Positions 62,628-64,000 of a stretch of 64,000 bases of DNA are shown one piece after another. The number at the start of each line of letters is the position of its first letter. Within the stretch, counting starts at the first letter, position 1. Under the pieces are notes generated by a model. The model was given only the letters and a program-made list of their open reading frames with translations. It did no database searches and was not told the origin of the DNA. Both the position numbers and the translations under genes were made by a program. This DNA comes from Camelus ferus (taxonomy: Eukaryota), in contig NC_045698.1 in the NCBI RefSeq assembly GCF_009834535.1, positions 13,456,001-13,520,000 on the forward strand, given 5' to 3'.

Positions 62628-64000
62628 GAGTACTAGTTTCCAATTGATGTTGTAAAAATTGCCATAAATATAGAGGCTTAAAACAACACAAATACATTAT
62701 CTCATAATTCTGAAAGCCAGAATTCCTAAAATCAAGATACAAGAAAAACTGTGTTCTTTCTGGATAATTTAGGGAAGGATTCATTTCCTTGTATTTTCTG
62801 GATTCTGGTGGCCACCTGTGTTACTTGATTGATGGCCACTTACTCTATTTTCAAAGTCACCAGAATAGAATCCTTAAATCTTTCTGTCTCTGTCTTCTTG
62901 ACTTCCTCTTATAAGGACACTTATGATTTTATTGGGTCTATTATATCATCTACAATAATCCCTGCATCTCAAGATCCTTAATCATATCTGCAATTTTTTT
63001 CCACCGACAGTAACATATGCACAGAGTCAAAAAATTAAAATGTAGACATTTTCAGAGATGTCTTCTGGTCCCTAATGATTTACATCCATCCACATATAAA
63101 ATGCATTCACCTCACCTCAATATCCCAAAAAGTCTCAACCCATTAGAGTATCAACTCCTTATCCAAGATTTCCTTTAATATTCATCAGTTCAGAAGCCTC
63201 AAATCTCATAATCTAAATCAGATGTGGATGAGACTCTGGTCAGACTGACCCTGGGACAAAATTGCACTCCATATGTTGAGCATAAAACTAAAAAATTAGT
63301 CACTTGCTCCCAAAATACAATGGCGGGACAGGTGTAGTATTCAAGTTGTATACAATACCCTTTCAAAAATGAAAACAATGAGAGATAAAAGGAGTCACTC
63401 ATCAATTTGAAATCAGCCTAGGCTAACAGTTTCAAGGTTTGGTAATAATCTTCTGTGGTTCAGAGGTCCATGCTCTGGCTCATGGTTTGCCTTGGAATCA
63501 TCCTTCCTTTTTCGTGAAGACGTCATGTGTTTACATCAGACAATTTGTATTCACCTGTTCCCTTCCTGTAGAACTTTGGGAATCTTAGAGATTTCTTTGG
63601 TTTTCCTTCTTTGTCTTTTAGTCCATGCTTGCAGTGTTTCTGTTGGTGTAACAGTTGTAATACCCTTCTGAGTTTCCTGTGTGTTTTAGGGAAATTCATT
63701 GCATTAGATAAAAGGTTCCTTCATAGATCTTTCCTGGATAATCTTACCTGCAATTCCTGGTTTCTATGCTGATGTGGCTGAGGGCATTATGAATCACATG
63801 TTGAATTTGTTCATAGAGACTGTTGGTAATTAAATTTGGTCCTTCAAAGACATTAGCCAAAGTTGCCCAGCCACATCCTCAGCTTTCAGACAGTGCATCT
63901 CCTAATTTTACCATCCTTTTCATTATCATCAAGTCATGGCGGCTTTTTTGCTTAACAGTTCTCCTCTCCTTTCCTATGGATGCAGAATTTAAGTATAAGC
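62628..64000 (-). mobile_element. MLT1B/C-like LTR (~62628-63060) plus MLT1 internal region running off the window
   Basis: GGCTTAAAACAACACAAATACATTATCTCA...TCTTATAAGGACACTTATGAT; internal CTCCCAAAATACAATGGCGGGACAGG. Confidence 0.88.

Noticed and set aside
1..64000. ORFs in the six-frame track as genuine genes
   Set aside because: All are 137 aa or shorter. The recognisable ones are L1, ERVL or RPL37A remnants; the rest have microsatellite-driven or biased composition and no coherent splice structure
1..64000. CRISPR array, operon or other prokaryote-like system
   Set aside because: No regularly spaced direct repeats and no gene-dense region; the sequence is clearly mammalian repeat-rich DNA

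Overview
AT-rich, repeat-dense mammalian genomic DNA, most likely gene desert or a large intron. I see no intact protein-coding gene, RNA gene or CpG island. The ORF track is mostly chance ORFs plus frameshifted L1 ORF1/ORF2 and ERVL pol remnants. The only gene-derived sequence I recognise is a decayed RPL37A processed pseudogene (~3321-3653). The window carries many LTR elements: solo ERV1 and ERV2 LTRs with visible target-site duplications (TSDs), one LTR nested in another, MaLR LTR+internal pieces and an ERVL pol remnant. It also has old and younger L1 fragments (two with twin-priming 5' inversions), L2, MIR and hAT transposons. The young L1 3' ends, together with the absence of recognisable Alu/B1/Bov-tA/PRE1/SINEC SINEs, suggest a camelid-like artiodactyl (inference). 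I found no convincing novel biological system. The best leads are regulatory or structural: a triple p53 half-site, a CpG-retaining element with neighbouring CNE-like sequence, and possibly young solo LTRs. Repeat family names come from my recall of consensus sequences, not a database search. Boundaries without a TSD are approximate.
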